Assembly: GCF_006345805.1 (NCBI RefSeq) | Contig: NC_043000.1 | Coordinates: forward strand, 128,278,001-128,342,000 | Direction: 5' to 3' | DNA from: Octopus sinensis | Lineage: Eukaryota | Length of the DNA: 64,000 bases | Shown: positions 50,071 to 63,047 of the stretch, piece after piece | Position numbering within the stretch: the first letter of the stretch is position 1 | How the letters are laid out: the number at the start of each line of letters is the position of its first letter | Translations under genes and position numbers: made by a program | Notes under the pieces: generated by a model | The model's input: the letters and a program-made list of their open reading frames with translations, nothing else | The model's database searches: none | What the model was told of the DNA's origin: nothing

Positions 50071-50605
50071 TTCTCCGTTTAGTTCAGTAACCAGTATAGT
50101 CCACTTTGTCCGTGCGTCTGTTATGCCACCAAATACGGTATATATACACATCTATGAAATATATTAAAGATATTCTTTTTTTTCCTTTCTCTGATCATGT
50201 CTCTCACTGATCCTTTCCTATATTCTGTATCCTTCTATTTCCACTTCGGCTGTGGTGGGCAAGAGATTGCGAACCAAAGCTGGTGTTAAGCTCTTTCAAT
50301 GTGGAGCTCTAGGATGTGATGTACGGATGCTGGTGGCATCTACCACACGTAAATGTGCTCGATCAAAGCTCTGTTTCTAATATGTTCCGAGGTGTCTCAT
50401 TTTTCTTTCCCTCACATGATTTAGTTTTCTTTATCTTCATTAAACTCCTTTTCTTGTATCCTATTTCTCAGTTTTTCTCTTTACCATTCATCCATTTCAA
50501 TTAACTTTACGTTTAACATTTAACGCAAATTATTCTTTCTGGCAACATTCTACCCTTGAAAAACGCAGTCGTCTGAATGACAAAATTTTGTGATAATAAA
50601 ATAAC

Positions 50606-51045
50606 TGTTAAGGCGGCGAGCTGGCAGAAACATTAGCACGCCGGGCAAAATGCTTAGCGGTATTTCGTACGCCATTACGTTCTGAGTTCAAATTCTGCCG
50701 AGGTCGACTTTGCCTTTCATCCTTTCGGGGTCGATAAATTAAATACCAGTTACGCACTGGGGTCGATGTAATCGACTTAATCTTTTGTCTGTCCTTGTTT
50801 GTGCCCTCTATGTTTAGCCCCTTGTGGGCAATAAAGAAATAAGAAACGTTAGCACGCCGAGCGAAATGCTTAGCAGTATTTCGTCTGCCTTTACGTTCTG
50901 AGTTCAAATTCCGTTGAGGTCGACTTTGCCTTCCATCCTTTTGAGATCGATAAATTAAATACCAGTTGCGTACTGGTGTCGATCTAATCGACTGTCCTTC
51001 CCCCAAAAATTTTGAGCCTTGTGCATAGTGTAGAAAAGAATATTA
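50606..51045 (+). mobile_element. Dimeric SINE family A
   Basis: Junction gaaataag|aaacgttagcacgcc at ~50843, the same as in the copy at 14905-15360. Confidence 0.93.
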
Positions 51046-51639
51046 AAATAACTAAGTTAAAAAGTAGGCACCCAGTAAATAAAATCAATAAATCAGTGAC
51101 GCCGCCCAATTATTAGTTGACAATATTTTCCCTTCAAAACCAAAGTGTTCTTCATAATACTTGAACTGTAGAAAATCACATCTCAATATCTCAGATTAAA
51201 TGTAGACTTTCCAACCAAATGATTTGTATATAATACCTTAACCCAATAGTGCTGGGTTAAATACGTACAAGTTCTGAAGATATCAGCGTAGCCACAGTAA
51301 AAGTATATCTGTTTGTTCACGCATGGTGAAACAATTGATATCGCGCAAGCAAGTAAAAATAAGCTGTTGCGAGCTGACAACCTTCACTAATTCACTAGAA
51401 AAAGTGCTGCGAGAAGACAATTTACTATCCTGGTTAAGTAACCCTACACATTAGTATCAAAGCATTATAATACAACGGCAATTTGAGCTCGATCAACAAA
51501 ATGAATATGTCAAGGTGTTCTTTGACAATTTGACCTCAATACGACCGTTGTTCTAAGCATAAGGACATTAAATATCTCCACAAAATTCCAACTCAAAAGA
51601 AGGCACATGAGTTGCCAGATTATCTGAATAAACATGCGT

Positions 51640-51866
51640 TCTAGCTAGCAGAACCGTTAGCACGCCAGGCGAAATGTGTAGCCGTATTTCGTCTGCCGTT
51701 ACGTTCTGAGTTCAAATTCCGCCGGGGTCGACTTTGCCTTTCATCTTTTCGGGGTCGATAAATTAAGTACTAGTTACGCACTGGGGTCGATGTAATCGAC
51801 TTAATTCGTTTGACTGTCCTTGTTTGTCTCCTCTATGTTTAGTCCCTTGTGGGTAATAAAGAAACA
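51640..51866 (+). mobile_element. SINE family A monomer (tail 1)
   Basis: gcagaaccgttagcacgcc...cccttgtgggtaataaagaaa; CpGs retained. Confidence 0.9.
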
Positions 51867-52245
51867 TATCTCAGCCACAACGTCTTGTGTTTTGATGATT
51901 TCACTAATGAAATCAATAGCTGACAAAATTGTATACAATTTAGAGCTGCTGCTTGATTTCTGTCTCCATAAAATGCGCGCGCACACATACACAGTGCGTA
52001 TATCTGATTATGCTAATGTACATATCCCATCCTTATTATATGATCAATGTATCCGTTAATGTCTCTGTTGTGTGTATGTGCGCAGAAATTTGCTTCTGTG
52101 ATAATTTTCTTTTCCATAGCGCGAATCCAAGCGAGTAACTATTGTTCAGACGTCATATTGACAACTTAAGCAAATGTGTACCATTTTAAAGTATGAATTA
52201 TTTTAGATTTTATTATGAAACTATACATCTGAATACTCCGATAAA

Positions 52246-52537
52246 CGTCGCCCTTTTCAAGCCTAGGCAGGCTCATGGGCCTGGTTTCCCGGTTTCTGTG
52301 GCGTATGTGTTCCTCCCAGCTGGACGGGACGCCAGTCCATCGCAGCGTTACTCAAGAAACAGGAAGAGAGAGTGAAAGAAAGTTGTGGTGGAAGAGTACA
52401 ACAGGGGTCACCAACACCCCCTGCCGGAGCATCGTGGAGCTTTTAGGTGTTTTCGCTCAATAAACACACACAACGCCCGGTCTGGGAATCGAAACCGCGA
52501 GTCCGCTGCCCTAACCACTGGGCCATTGCGCCTCCAC
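52246..52537 (-). mobile_element. SINE with family C head and a different 3' tail, 23-bp TSD
   Basis: atacatctgaatactccgataaa occurs at 52223-52245 and 52538-52560. 52355-52537 matches family C; 52246-52354 does not. Confidence 0.92.
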
Positions 52538-54109
52538 ATACATCTGAATACTCCGATAAAAAAAATCGATTTTATCTTAAAAAACTTTGCGTGCGCACAC
52601 TTTTTACTTGTGTACACTAGTCTGTTTCTAGGTACATTGCACAAAGGGTCATGTTATCCAATGTGCCCCCTCTTTTCTAAGATTTGAGGAAAATATTGGC
52701 TGCTATCACGTGTATTTAGGATCATATTCGAATATTTAAGAATTTCATTTCGCAAACCCGAGATCCCAGGTTCTGTCCTTCTGAATGGCATCTTGGACAA
52801 GTATCAGATATATCCAAGCGAAATTGGTTAGATAGAAACCATGTGGAATTCCGTCGTATGTAACATCTTGTTCGCATTGTTGTAGCTTTCGAATGGTGCC
52901 TCCACGCTGGTTAAGCGGGCAGAATACGATTTATTTCATACATACGTGGGACTTAAACCCACGTCTTTTGCAAACATGACAGACGTTCTACCATTGTATG
53001 AAAGCAATCCTCTGAACTTCTCCATCCATTTTAGAAGCTTGTTCTTACTAACGAGAATTGTAGGTTTAGAAACTTTGAGATACGAAATAGACAGTTTCTC
53101 ATGTTTATATTACATGGTTAGGATGATTTTATTTGCTGCAGTAACAGTTTGTATAAGTGGCTTTCTTTCCAATTGCCAGCCATTTGACCATAAAGTTTGA
53201 GTTATGTTAACATTTTGTTCAGTGTGTAAAACTGGAAGCAGTGCTGAGGTGCCTTGCTAAAGGGCATGGCATGATAACAGTAGAAGGATCTAATTCTTGG
53301 ACTACACAGTCACAAGTCTTGCAAAATGGGTGTACTGATTGTTCGGGTTTAGAATACAAATAGATTGAAATTTTCAATTGATTATCTAAAGATATTTTGG
53401 GATATCTTATAGCAATATAGTAATATTGTGGTTGTTTAACCCCGGGTCAGCCCTATCTGAGGAGATTATGATCAAAGGGGTTTCACTTGTCACCGCCCTG
53501 TCTTTTTATATAGGGACTAACTACATTGTCTTTCCCTATTTCAAGATTCTAGGGTGTGAATTGAGGATAATTTGGCTGCAATTTCTACCATGTGGAGGCT
53601 CCTTATTGGTTTATATTGTAGTAATATTGTTTAATCCCAGGTCAGCCCAGACCAATGATCAAATGCATTTGAGTCGTGGTTATCCTACTTAAAATTTTTT
53701 TTTCCAAGACTGTAGTCCTACATTTTAAAAACGTGTCCTTCATCCAAGACAGTAGGCCGTAATTTGACAAACATTTAGTCGCTATTTCTAGCAGACTGAG
53801 AAACTATGTAAAGACTCCCTCATTAACATGTATTTCAGTGCAATGCAGTGTGTAGTAGAAGATCTGTACTCTACTGCAATGCAGTATGGAGTAGTGGAGC
53901 TGAACCCTCCATGCATTGTTACACTGCAGTGTATTGTAGTGTCAATGATCTGTAATACACTGCAGTGCTGTGTATTGTAAAGGGTCTATACCATATAGCA
54001 GTGTATCAGAGTCTAGTTTAAAAGAGTTGTCTATGAAATAATGTGGTGTAGTTGTCATGTTATTTAGCAGAAAATCACATAATAAAATTTAAGTAATAAT
54101 AGAACAGTA

Positions 54110-54660
54110 CTATTTTAGTGTGTACGTGTAGGTTAGTGTAATTATGTAATCTTAGGACACTCTAATTTAAGTAAGCGTACAAGAATGTAATTTACATAAG
54201 TGTAGGACAACGTAATTTATGCAAAAGAGGGTGAAATTTTAGTAAGTGTAGGACAGTGTAATTTAGGTAAGTGTAGGTCAGTATTATTTTGGTGTGTAGT
54301 GAATGTGAGAGTCAGGTACTACAATTTAGAAACATTTAAGACAGTGTAGTTTAGGTAAGTGTAGGGCAATTTTCTTTGTGTTAAGTATGAGACAGTGTAA
54401 TATTGGTAAGTGTAGGATAGAGTAAATTAGGTAAGTAGGGCAGTGTTATTTTGGCTTTTAAGTGTAGGCAGTATAATAAGAGTGGGACACAGTTATATAA
54501 GTAAAAATAGAACAATAAGAGTGGACAGAGTAATATAGTTAAAAAAGAATAATACAATTTAGGGAAGTGTTGGGTAATGTAATGTAAGTGTACAACAGTA
54601 TAATTTAGATAAGTATAAGATAGTGTATTTTAGGTAAGTATAGAGTAGTATATAGTATGA
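54110..54660. repeat. Degenerate ~25-bp minisatellite (taggtaagtgtaggacagtgtaatt)
   Basis: The unit recurs with variation; exact TAGGTAAGT at 54264, 54352, 54428 and 54631. Confidence 0.8.
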
Positions 54661-54915
54661 GGTATATTGCAATACTACATACACTTGTAGGTTTAATATA
54701 AGCCACCATTATCATCAACCCTTGGATATTGCTCTCTTAAGTCCTGGGGCTTATAAGGCCAAGTGTCTGGTTTCCTTGGTGACTAAATGACTAAGATCAC
54801 AACATTCCCCCTGAACAAGAAGCCAGTATAAGTGACTGTCAGCTTATGTCCCAAACACAGCAAAGGATTTCAATATGTTTTCATAAACTGTTTATTTTGG
54901 CACCTTAAAGTGGTA

Positions 54916-56085
54916 GAAATATTGGTTTTAGAATTTTGACACAAGGCCAACAATTTTGGGGGAAGAGAGTAAGTCGATTACATCTCCCCCAGAGCTTAAC
55001 TGATTCCTATTTTACGAACCCTGAAAGGATGAAATGTAAAGTCAACTTCAGCAGCATTTGAGCTCGGAAAGTAAAGACAGATAAAATGGCACTAAGCATT
55101 TTGCCCAGCATACTAATAATTCTGCCAGCTCACTACCTCAATAATAATAATAATAACTAGCCGGGTCATAGTGCTAGTGCATGCATATACAGCTGTGTGC
55201 GTGTGCACATACTCGTGAGTACTGTCCAAATCTCTGACCAATCACATACAGCTGACATTCAATTGGCGTATCAAGTTTCGGGAATTTTGATTGGGTTTTG
55301 GATAGAAAATTCACAAAAAAGTCACTTCTATTGAATTTTTAACGGCTTTACGGGGTGACTGGGGAAATGTAAAGATGTGCACAACCACCCTTGGACGGTT
55401 TTGAATGACCATAAAAAGTGTGAGCCCTCTAACTGAAAAATCGTGGATTTGTATAAAGGACACACACACAGACATTTTGCTGTTTATATATATAGAGATA
55501 ACAATATCAATAATGATTTCATATTTTGGCACAAGGCCAGCAATTTCAGGGTACGGAGTGAGTTGATTACATTGACCACAGTAATCAACTAGTACTTATT
55601 TTATTGACCCTGAAAGGACGAGAGGCAAAGTTGACCTTGGAGGAAGTTGAATTCAGAATGTAAAGATGGAGGAAATGCTGTTAAGTATTTTGCCCAACAT
55701 GCTAATGATTCCGCCAGCTTGCTAGCCATTAATAATAATAATCATAATAATAATTTCAAATTTTGGTACAAGGCCACCAATTTTGGGAGAGAGAGCGAGT
55801 CGATTACATCACTTCCAGGGCTTAACTGATGCCTATTTTATTGACCCTGAAAGGATGAAATGTAAAGTCAACCTCAGTAGTACTTGAACTCAGAAAGTAA
55901 AGACAGACAAAATGGCTCTAAGTATTTTGCCCAGCATGCTAACAATTCTGCAAGCTCACTGCTCTGATGATGGTAGAAATATTGGTTTTCAAAATTTTGA
56001 CACAAGGCCAGCAATTTCAGGGCAGAGGGTAAGTTGATTACATTGGCCCCAGTGTTCAACTGGGACTTATTTTATTGACCCTGAA
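54916..56085 (-). mobile_element. Head-to-tail array of four CpG-depleted SINE family A (tail 2) copies
   Basis: Copies at about 54916-55140, 55510-55730, 55750-55965 and 55972-56085 (truncated), mostly separated by AAT-type repeats. Confidence 0.88.
55157..55498 (-). mobile_element. Non-autonomous Helitron (342 bp)
   Basis: On the minus strand: A|TCTCTATATATATAAA...aaatgtctgtgtgtgtgt ... ccggCTAG|T. It has a 5' TC, a 3' CTAG, insertion between A and T and no TSD; the 3' hairpin is degenerate. Confidence 0.75.
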
Positions 56086-56499
56086 AGAACGAAGTTGTAT
56101 TGTTGTGTAGCCTCAGGTTAACCATATGATCAAAAAGATTCTAAGCAACATCAAAACAGCGAGGGTGTAATTTGTAAAAGAGATTGAACTGCTATTTCCA
56201 GCAGGGGAAGGCTTGCAGATTAGCTCCAGTTATTGGTGTAAATAAGTGTGAGAAGGAATCTGTTAAGAAAGAGCTATGTTATAAACCACTTCATATAATG
56301 AGCCAAACAGCAATGTTAGAAACCATTTGCTGTAATTCAAATAATGAGATTGTGAAGAGAAGAAAGTGATTAATCACGATATATATATAAGAAAGAAAAC
56401 ATATAAAAATCCAAAAATTAATCAATTAGTTTTAATAGTCAACTGATTAATTAACCAAAGTTTACAACTAAGAAGGATGGGCCATTTAGTAGTTCTCTT

Positions 56500-56883
56500 C
56501 CTCTCATATATAAATATATACATACATATACATATATATATATAAATATATACATACATAAAGAACCATACATACACACACATCTATATGTATAAAAATC
56601 TGTACACACATACACACACACACACATATATACATATTTATATACATTTATCTCCGTATCTATGCATATATACATAGCTATATCTATTAACATAAACGCA
56701 CACACACATATGCATACACAGCCACTCACATACACATGAAAATTAAAGCACAAAGAACATTTAAGAAACACAGGTGTTCCTTTACATGTGCTTCAAATTT
56801 CATATATATATATATATAAATCTTAGCTTATAAAAAAAACTTCATATAAGTGTGTGTATGCATGCATTCTACATATGTATATC

Positions 56884-56922
<39 letters not shown>

Positions 56923-57266
56923 TTATATACATATATGTACACACACATATATATATATAAACAAATGTATATAAACATATATATATACACATGTATATAT
57001 ATATATATATATACACATATACATATATGCATACATATATATACATACAAATACATATATATATATATATACACATATACATACACACACATATATATAT
57101 TATACATATTTATATTACATATATATATATTACATATATACATACATATATATATGTATATTACATATACATATATATATATTTATATTACATATATACA
57201 TACATATACATATATATATATTTATATTACATATATACATACATATACATATATATATATATATTA

Positions 57267-57322
<56 letters not shown>

Positions 57323-57330
57323 TATTATTT
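56500..57330. repeat. TA/CA/TACA microsatellite fields
   Basis: Directly visible; source of the Y/I-rich ORFs. Confidence 0.9.
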
Positions 57331-57715
57331 ATATATATAAATGAGAGCAAATCACTTAACAGCTCACTGCTGTTCTTTCTTTACATTAAGTATTTCTTAA
57401 TTTTTTCTTTCCATATTTTTTTAGGGGTTTTTAAATTTTTTTTTTACAAATTTTAAATTTTTTTGTCCTTTTATATGAGTCTGTTAAATGTCATTGTTTT
57501 TTCCTTGTTTTGTCATTTTTTTACTTTTTATATTCTTTTTATATTCTTGACAACTTTTAAACTTTATTAAATCCAACATGTCCTTCACGTGTTTTTCTTT
57601 ATTTTTGTAGCTAACAACAGCATATGATTTTTGCTACAAATTAAAAAAAAAAAAATGTCTTTATTTCATTATTTCTTTTTCCATAATATTCAAATAATAC
57701 CATATCATATCATAG

Positions 57716-57766
57716 GAAACCCAGCAATCTTTTATTATTTCTGAATTGAAAAAAATCAATTCAAAG
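57716..57766 (+). CDS. Candidate 51-nt internal exon (ETQQSFIISELKKINSK), product unknown
   Basis: atcatag| ... tcaaag|gtaagg; open in frame 0, length divisible by 3. No recognisable homology. Confidence 0.25.
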
Positions 57767-59687
57767 GTAAGGGTAAAATATTTTTTTCTTTCTTTTTGAG
57801 CACATTCCATTTCATCTTTACTCTCTTCTTATTTTGACAGAGTTTTCATTAATATATATATAATTCTGGTTTCTTTTTTTCTCTTGAAAATAGAAAAAAA
57901 AAAATGTCTTTCAAAATTTCATTCCATCTCTTGCATTCTATGGGATTCATTCAATCTCACTTGAAAACACCCAAATTCACTTGAATAATTTTCCTCTAAT
58001 TGAAATTAGTAGTAGTAGTTGTAGGAGTAGTAGTAATTGTTGTTCCAGTGAGACAGTTGATCTCCATATATCTGTTTCAAATACTGACCTTTGGTCAACT
58101 TTGAAAACCATATAATCTTAAATCTCAGATTACATAACACCTGTATACACACACACACACACATACATACACACACATATATACATACATATATACACAC
58201 ACACATCTGTCTATACATATATATATATATATATATTTAATATATCTTAAATATGTATATATTTGTGAGGTGCCTGGAAACAATAATTCAAATGGCATTC
58301 GTATCATTTGCTTCTGTATTTGTTATATATATGTCTGTCGCTGTCACTAATGAATGCCTACATTTAACATAAGCAGTCAATTTCACATCTTTGATTTTTT
58401 TTACAATCTTAGTATATACATACATATCCACACACACACACACACATATATATAAACCAGGAGTTTCATAAGTCTAGTAGTACTTAGTATTATATCAATG
58501 TCTAAATACTGCCTTACTTATATATTATATATGTGTATGTGTGTATATATATATATATACATATATGTGTGTGTGTGTGTGTGTGTGTGTAAATTACACA
58601 GGCACACAAAGTGTTATAACAGTCAAGTAATAGATAAGATGTCAGTCTCTCAGTTGAAAGGTTATGAGTTCGTATCCTAACACTGGTACTGAACTGCACT
58701 CATGTGTCATTTAGGCAAGGCACTGAACTCTGCCAGAGCTTAATCCACCCAAGTGAAATTAGGTACCATGGGTAAACACAGACTACTATAGAAATGATCA
58801 TACACCAAATAAAAAATTCATTAACAGAGAAGACTGAATTCAAATCAAGAAGGGGTTAAGTTAGAAGAAACTCATTTAGAAACATATTCTGTTTAAAATG
58901 AGCAATAAAGTAGATCTGAGAGGAAATTTGATTGTCATGGAAACCATACCACTAGACATTGATCTTCCTCAGTTAAAAATAATAGTGCTGTTATTGTTTG
59001 TACACCTGTCTCACCACTGCAAAATGACATTTGGCTAATGGATGGTTAAGCTCAATGTTCTGTGACAATAGCTACATGAAAACATACCACACACACACAT
59101 ACACACACAGAGCCAGTCATAGTTCATACACTAATGAGCACAGTAAATCAGCAATTATGCTATAATCTTCAATGAAGAAAAGAAAAAAAAACTTTAAAAA
59201 CTCAAAGTAAGCTAAGAGAGTGAAAAGAATATCTGTGTAGGTAAATATAGTGTGGTAAATTTTGACAAGGTTGGCAGGAGTAGACAATAAGTTCTCATGT
59301 ATGCAAGGGATATTTTTGACATGTTCACAAGTTTTCTAAGTAGAAACTAATAAAATATAAGTAGTGCTATGTATAAACAAAAACAAATAAAGGATTCTTT
59401 AATGCTACGACAGTGTTTCCTTGCTCAAAATCAATCTTGGTGGGAATTGTACTCCTAAAGAATAGTTTATCGCATTTACATTGTCTTTCTGAAAATTTGT
59501 CAAGTGGCAAATATCAAATAATTCTATGGAAGCAAAAATTAATAAATAATTTAAAAAATATAATGCTGATAATAATAATAGTAATAATGATGATGATGAC
59601 GATGATGATGGTGGTCATTACAATATTGATCTTTTTCTTTTTGTCAATGGAAATGGACCAAAGTCTTAGAATTAAATTGTTCATTAG

Positions 59688-59745
59688 CAAGCTCTTTGAA
59701 CATGATGTTCTCAAAGAGGGGGAAAAAAGTTCCTTTAATCAAATA
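59688..59745 (+). CDS. Candidate 58-nt exon, product unknown
   Basis: ttgttcattag| ... caaata|gtatgt; two frames are open (KLFEHDVLKEGEKSSFNQI or SSLNMMFSKRGKKVPLIK). Confidence 0.18.
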
Positions 59746-60119
59746 GTATGTTCACTTGAGTTTAGATATTGAGAGGGGCCATATTTTGTGGAAATATCTA
59801 CATATACAAAATGGTACTGAAATAGCAAGGAATAATATATACTAATGAAAGAAATTAGAAAAAAAATAGAAATTATGAAATGCAAGTTTTCAAACTGAAA
59901 TATGGTAGAGAAAAATATGAAGGACTTAATTATTACAAGTCTATAGCAAAGAATAATATTCCTTCTAATTAATGCCTTTGGATGTTATGAATGAAAAAAA
60001 AATGGTGTTGCTGTAACACTGGATATTTGGCACAACTTCTATTGAAATTAACTGCTTTAAAATATAAAGGAAAGAGACTAACAGCCTGTATGTGTATATA
60101 TTGATATTATGTATCAAGA

Positions 60120-60310
60120 TGGATAGACATGACTCAGCTTGTGTAATTGATCTAACTTATGGATAAAACATAACCCATCTGGAGTAATTAATCTACCAGT
60201 ATGGGTAGACATGACCCAGTTAGAGTATATCATTTGACTTATAGTCAGGCATGATCAGCTTGAAAAACTAATCAATCAATGTGAGTGGACATGACCCAGC
60301 TAGAGTGAGG
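60120..60310. repeat. Degenerate ~40-bp-period repeat (RGACATGACCCAGCT core)
   Basis: The core occurs near 60126, 60207, 60247 and 60287. Confidence 0.5.
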
Positions 60311-61564
60311 TCTACACACAAGACATGGCTTAGCAAGACTAATGAATCTGGTTTTCAACCTAAATGAAATTTTGAAAGTGATTACCAAAAATCAACCTAA
60401 ACGGATCATCTTCTAGATTCAGCTTGGATAAGTCTCAAAAGACAGAGACTATTGAACTAAATGAGGATGGTTATGATAATAGTAATAATAATGGTACAAA
60501 TTATTATTGCTATGAATAAAAGTAAATAGTAACATTAACTTAGTATTGCAAAATTACCAGCTTATTTCAGGAGCATTTGATAATCTCATTTTCCTTATTG
60601 ATCAGTAACTCAATGACAAGGAGAAACGGTAGGAAAATTGAAATACAAAAGGCACTTAGTGGGCACCAATTCATGAGATCTTTTAGTTTTTTGTTTTTGT
60701 TGTTCTTTTCAATTTTCAAATAACAAGGAATGACCTACTGAGAATATTGTTTCCACATGACAGAGAATATTGTTTCAAATTTTTTTAAAAACGCCCTAGG
60801 AGTTGTCCTCTGACATTAATTCATTATAATTTAACTTTGAATTTGATGACCAAACTCAATTAATTAATTTTAATTGTTCAATTATTAAATTTCATTTAAT
60901 TTTCCCACGCTTTCAATCAACAAGTCAATACAGATCATAGCATTCTTATGTGAACTTCAATAAGTGAGCACCGTATACTTGAGTTTGCATGAGTGTGTGT
61001 ACATGAATATGTGGGCATGTGTTGTGTGTGCATGCATGTCAGCATAAATGTCTGGACAGATTATTTGATAAATGTATAGAGAGGTTCATGGGAAAGACTG
61101 AAAAAAGTACAGGAACTTGAAGAAACTGCTGTTAAAAAGAAGGATTTCCATATGTTCATTTATGGACAGAATCTGGAGACTCGAGTCAAGCGCATTGATG
61201 TTCAGATAATAGTACAATGCAGTGAACTCTTAACTTTAAACTGAGAACAGATTTGGATGCAAGAAGTAGACAGGGTAAAGATAAATATGGATAGATGGCA
61301 TACTGTGTTTCATTTCTTTACACCCACATACACACTTCTAAGTATAAATGTATACAAATTATCATAAACATATGTCTGTATGTATACACTTTTTGATTCA
61401 GACATATCAATACATATCAATATTACAATATATATATATATCATAATCATAAACATTTGCACTCATACACAAGTATATAATTAAAAAAATATAATAGGAT
61501 ACACACATGCATATATATATATGCATTTATCTATCTATCTAGATATATTTATGTATATAATCTT

Positions 61565-61795
61565 TTACCTTTTTCAGTTATTGGACTGCAGTCAGGTTGG
61601 GGCACCATCTTGAAGGGTCTTATTGAACAAATTGACCACATTAGTTATATTTTTTAAAACCTAGTACTTATTCTATTGGTCACCTTTTGCTGAAATACTA
61701 ACTTATGGGAATGTAGACAAACCAACACCGGTTGTCAAGTGGTTAGGGAGAAATACAAACACAAACATACACACAAATATTTGTATGCATGTATG
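61565..61795 (-). mobile_element. CpG-depleted SINE family B 3' module
   Basis: gactgcagtcaggttggggcaccatcttgaagggtcttattgaacaaattgacc versus CpG-bearing gactgcggccatgctggagcaccgcc...gtcgagcaaatcgacc in other copies. Confidence 0.8.
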
Positions 61796-63047
61796 TGCCA
61801 ATGTATATACTTAGATATAATACTGAGTATGTTATGTCAATCATGTAATAATAAGAAACAGATGATACTAAAATTGTAAATCTATGTCGAAAGAAAAAAT
61901 ATGAATTAAAATCAGATTTGGAACAATGGTCTTTACCAGTCAAAATTTCTATTGATTGGGAAAAGGAATCCAAGCACTTGAAGGCTTTATTCTGAATAAA
62001 TATTTCACAACATAAATTTATCTAAGATTTCAAACGTAACTTAATCTTAACTAGTTACCAATTCTTTAGAATGTGTTTCTTTTGTTTTTCATTTTTAATC
62101 AGCAATTGTTTCTTTTAATCACCATCAATTATCTAAAACATTAGTAGTTATCTAAACTGACATATGTCTATGCAAGAAAATTGAGAATATAAATGCTAGG
62201 ATAACATTGATAGGCTCTCCAAATGAGTTTTCATTTTAACTTACTGTGTGTACTACACTAGGTAGGAATGAACTGTATATGATTTATAATATAATATTTT
62301 ATTAGCATTGAAAGAGATATTTATACTAAGTAGTTAGTTATTGTATTTTCGTACAAGAATTCTGAAAATGAGTTTCTTTAGTACGTTAGGTACAATTCAT
62401 CTTTCATCGTTTGAAATCAATCCACCAGTGTGCCAAAGCTGACTTCTTTTCCATTGATCAAAGGATGAAACTGTCAAATCATCTGTATATTGCAGGTGAT
62501 AAGTTTATATCTGAAATCATCAGATTCTCAAAACTATAGGAAAAATTCTATAGAAGGCAGATGAGAGTGTATAAGTACTCTGATATTCCCTTTGGCACTA
62601 TCCACAGGTCCAAAATCTTCCCATCTGATTCTAGCAGTTACAGCTAGACTTCACAGAATAATAATGACTGTTTGTTTCAAGCGTTTATAGTGATCAATAT
62701 ATTACTAAGATTTTAGAATGAATGAGTTAGTATCTAATAACATAAAAAAATAAATTATCTACACCTCTTCACAAAGGCTTTGCTATAAAGTGACTGGGAG
62801 AGGATAGACCTGACAAAAAAAAAGTTTACTTGCTTTGATTACAAGATGATATGGTCAAGTTAATGAAAGAAATTTTGGGTGAAATGAAAGCGAAGTTCAG
62901 ACAAATCAAAGTGAACAATGAAAGTGTTATTGCCTGAATTCTATTCCTCTCCAAGCCATTTAGAGCAAAGACCCAAACAAAAATGAAAACTGCAAAGTGC
63001 TACACTTGTTAAACTCAAACATGAACTTTATTTTTTTCCCTTCTCAG

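Noticed and set aside
54916-56085. CRISPR-like or other regularly spaced repeat array
   Set aside because: The repeats are ~220-bp SINE copies without unique spacers, the context is eukaryotic, and there are no cas genes.
58006-58145. Minus-strand exon candidate after a TG repeat (atacag|gtgttatg...)
   Set aside because: The only open frame runs into a (TAC)n repeat and a stop, with no donor or homology.
61080-61240. 52-aa open frame RGSWERLKKVQELEETAVKKKDFHMFIYGQNLETRVKRIDVQ...
   Set aside because: It looks protein-like, but the acceptor is poor, there is no convincing donor and I recognise no homology; worth a tblastn but not supportable now.
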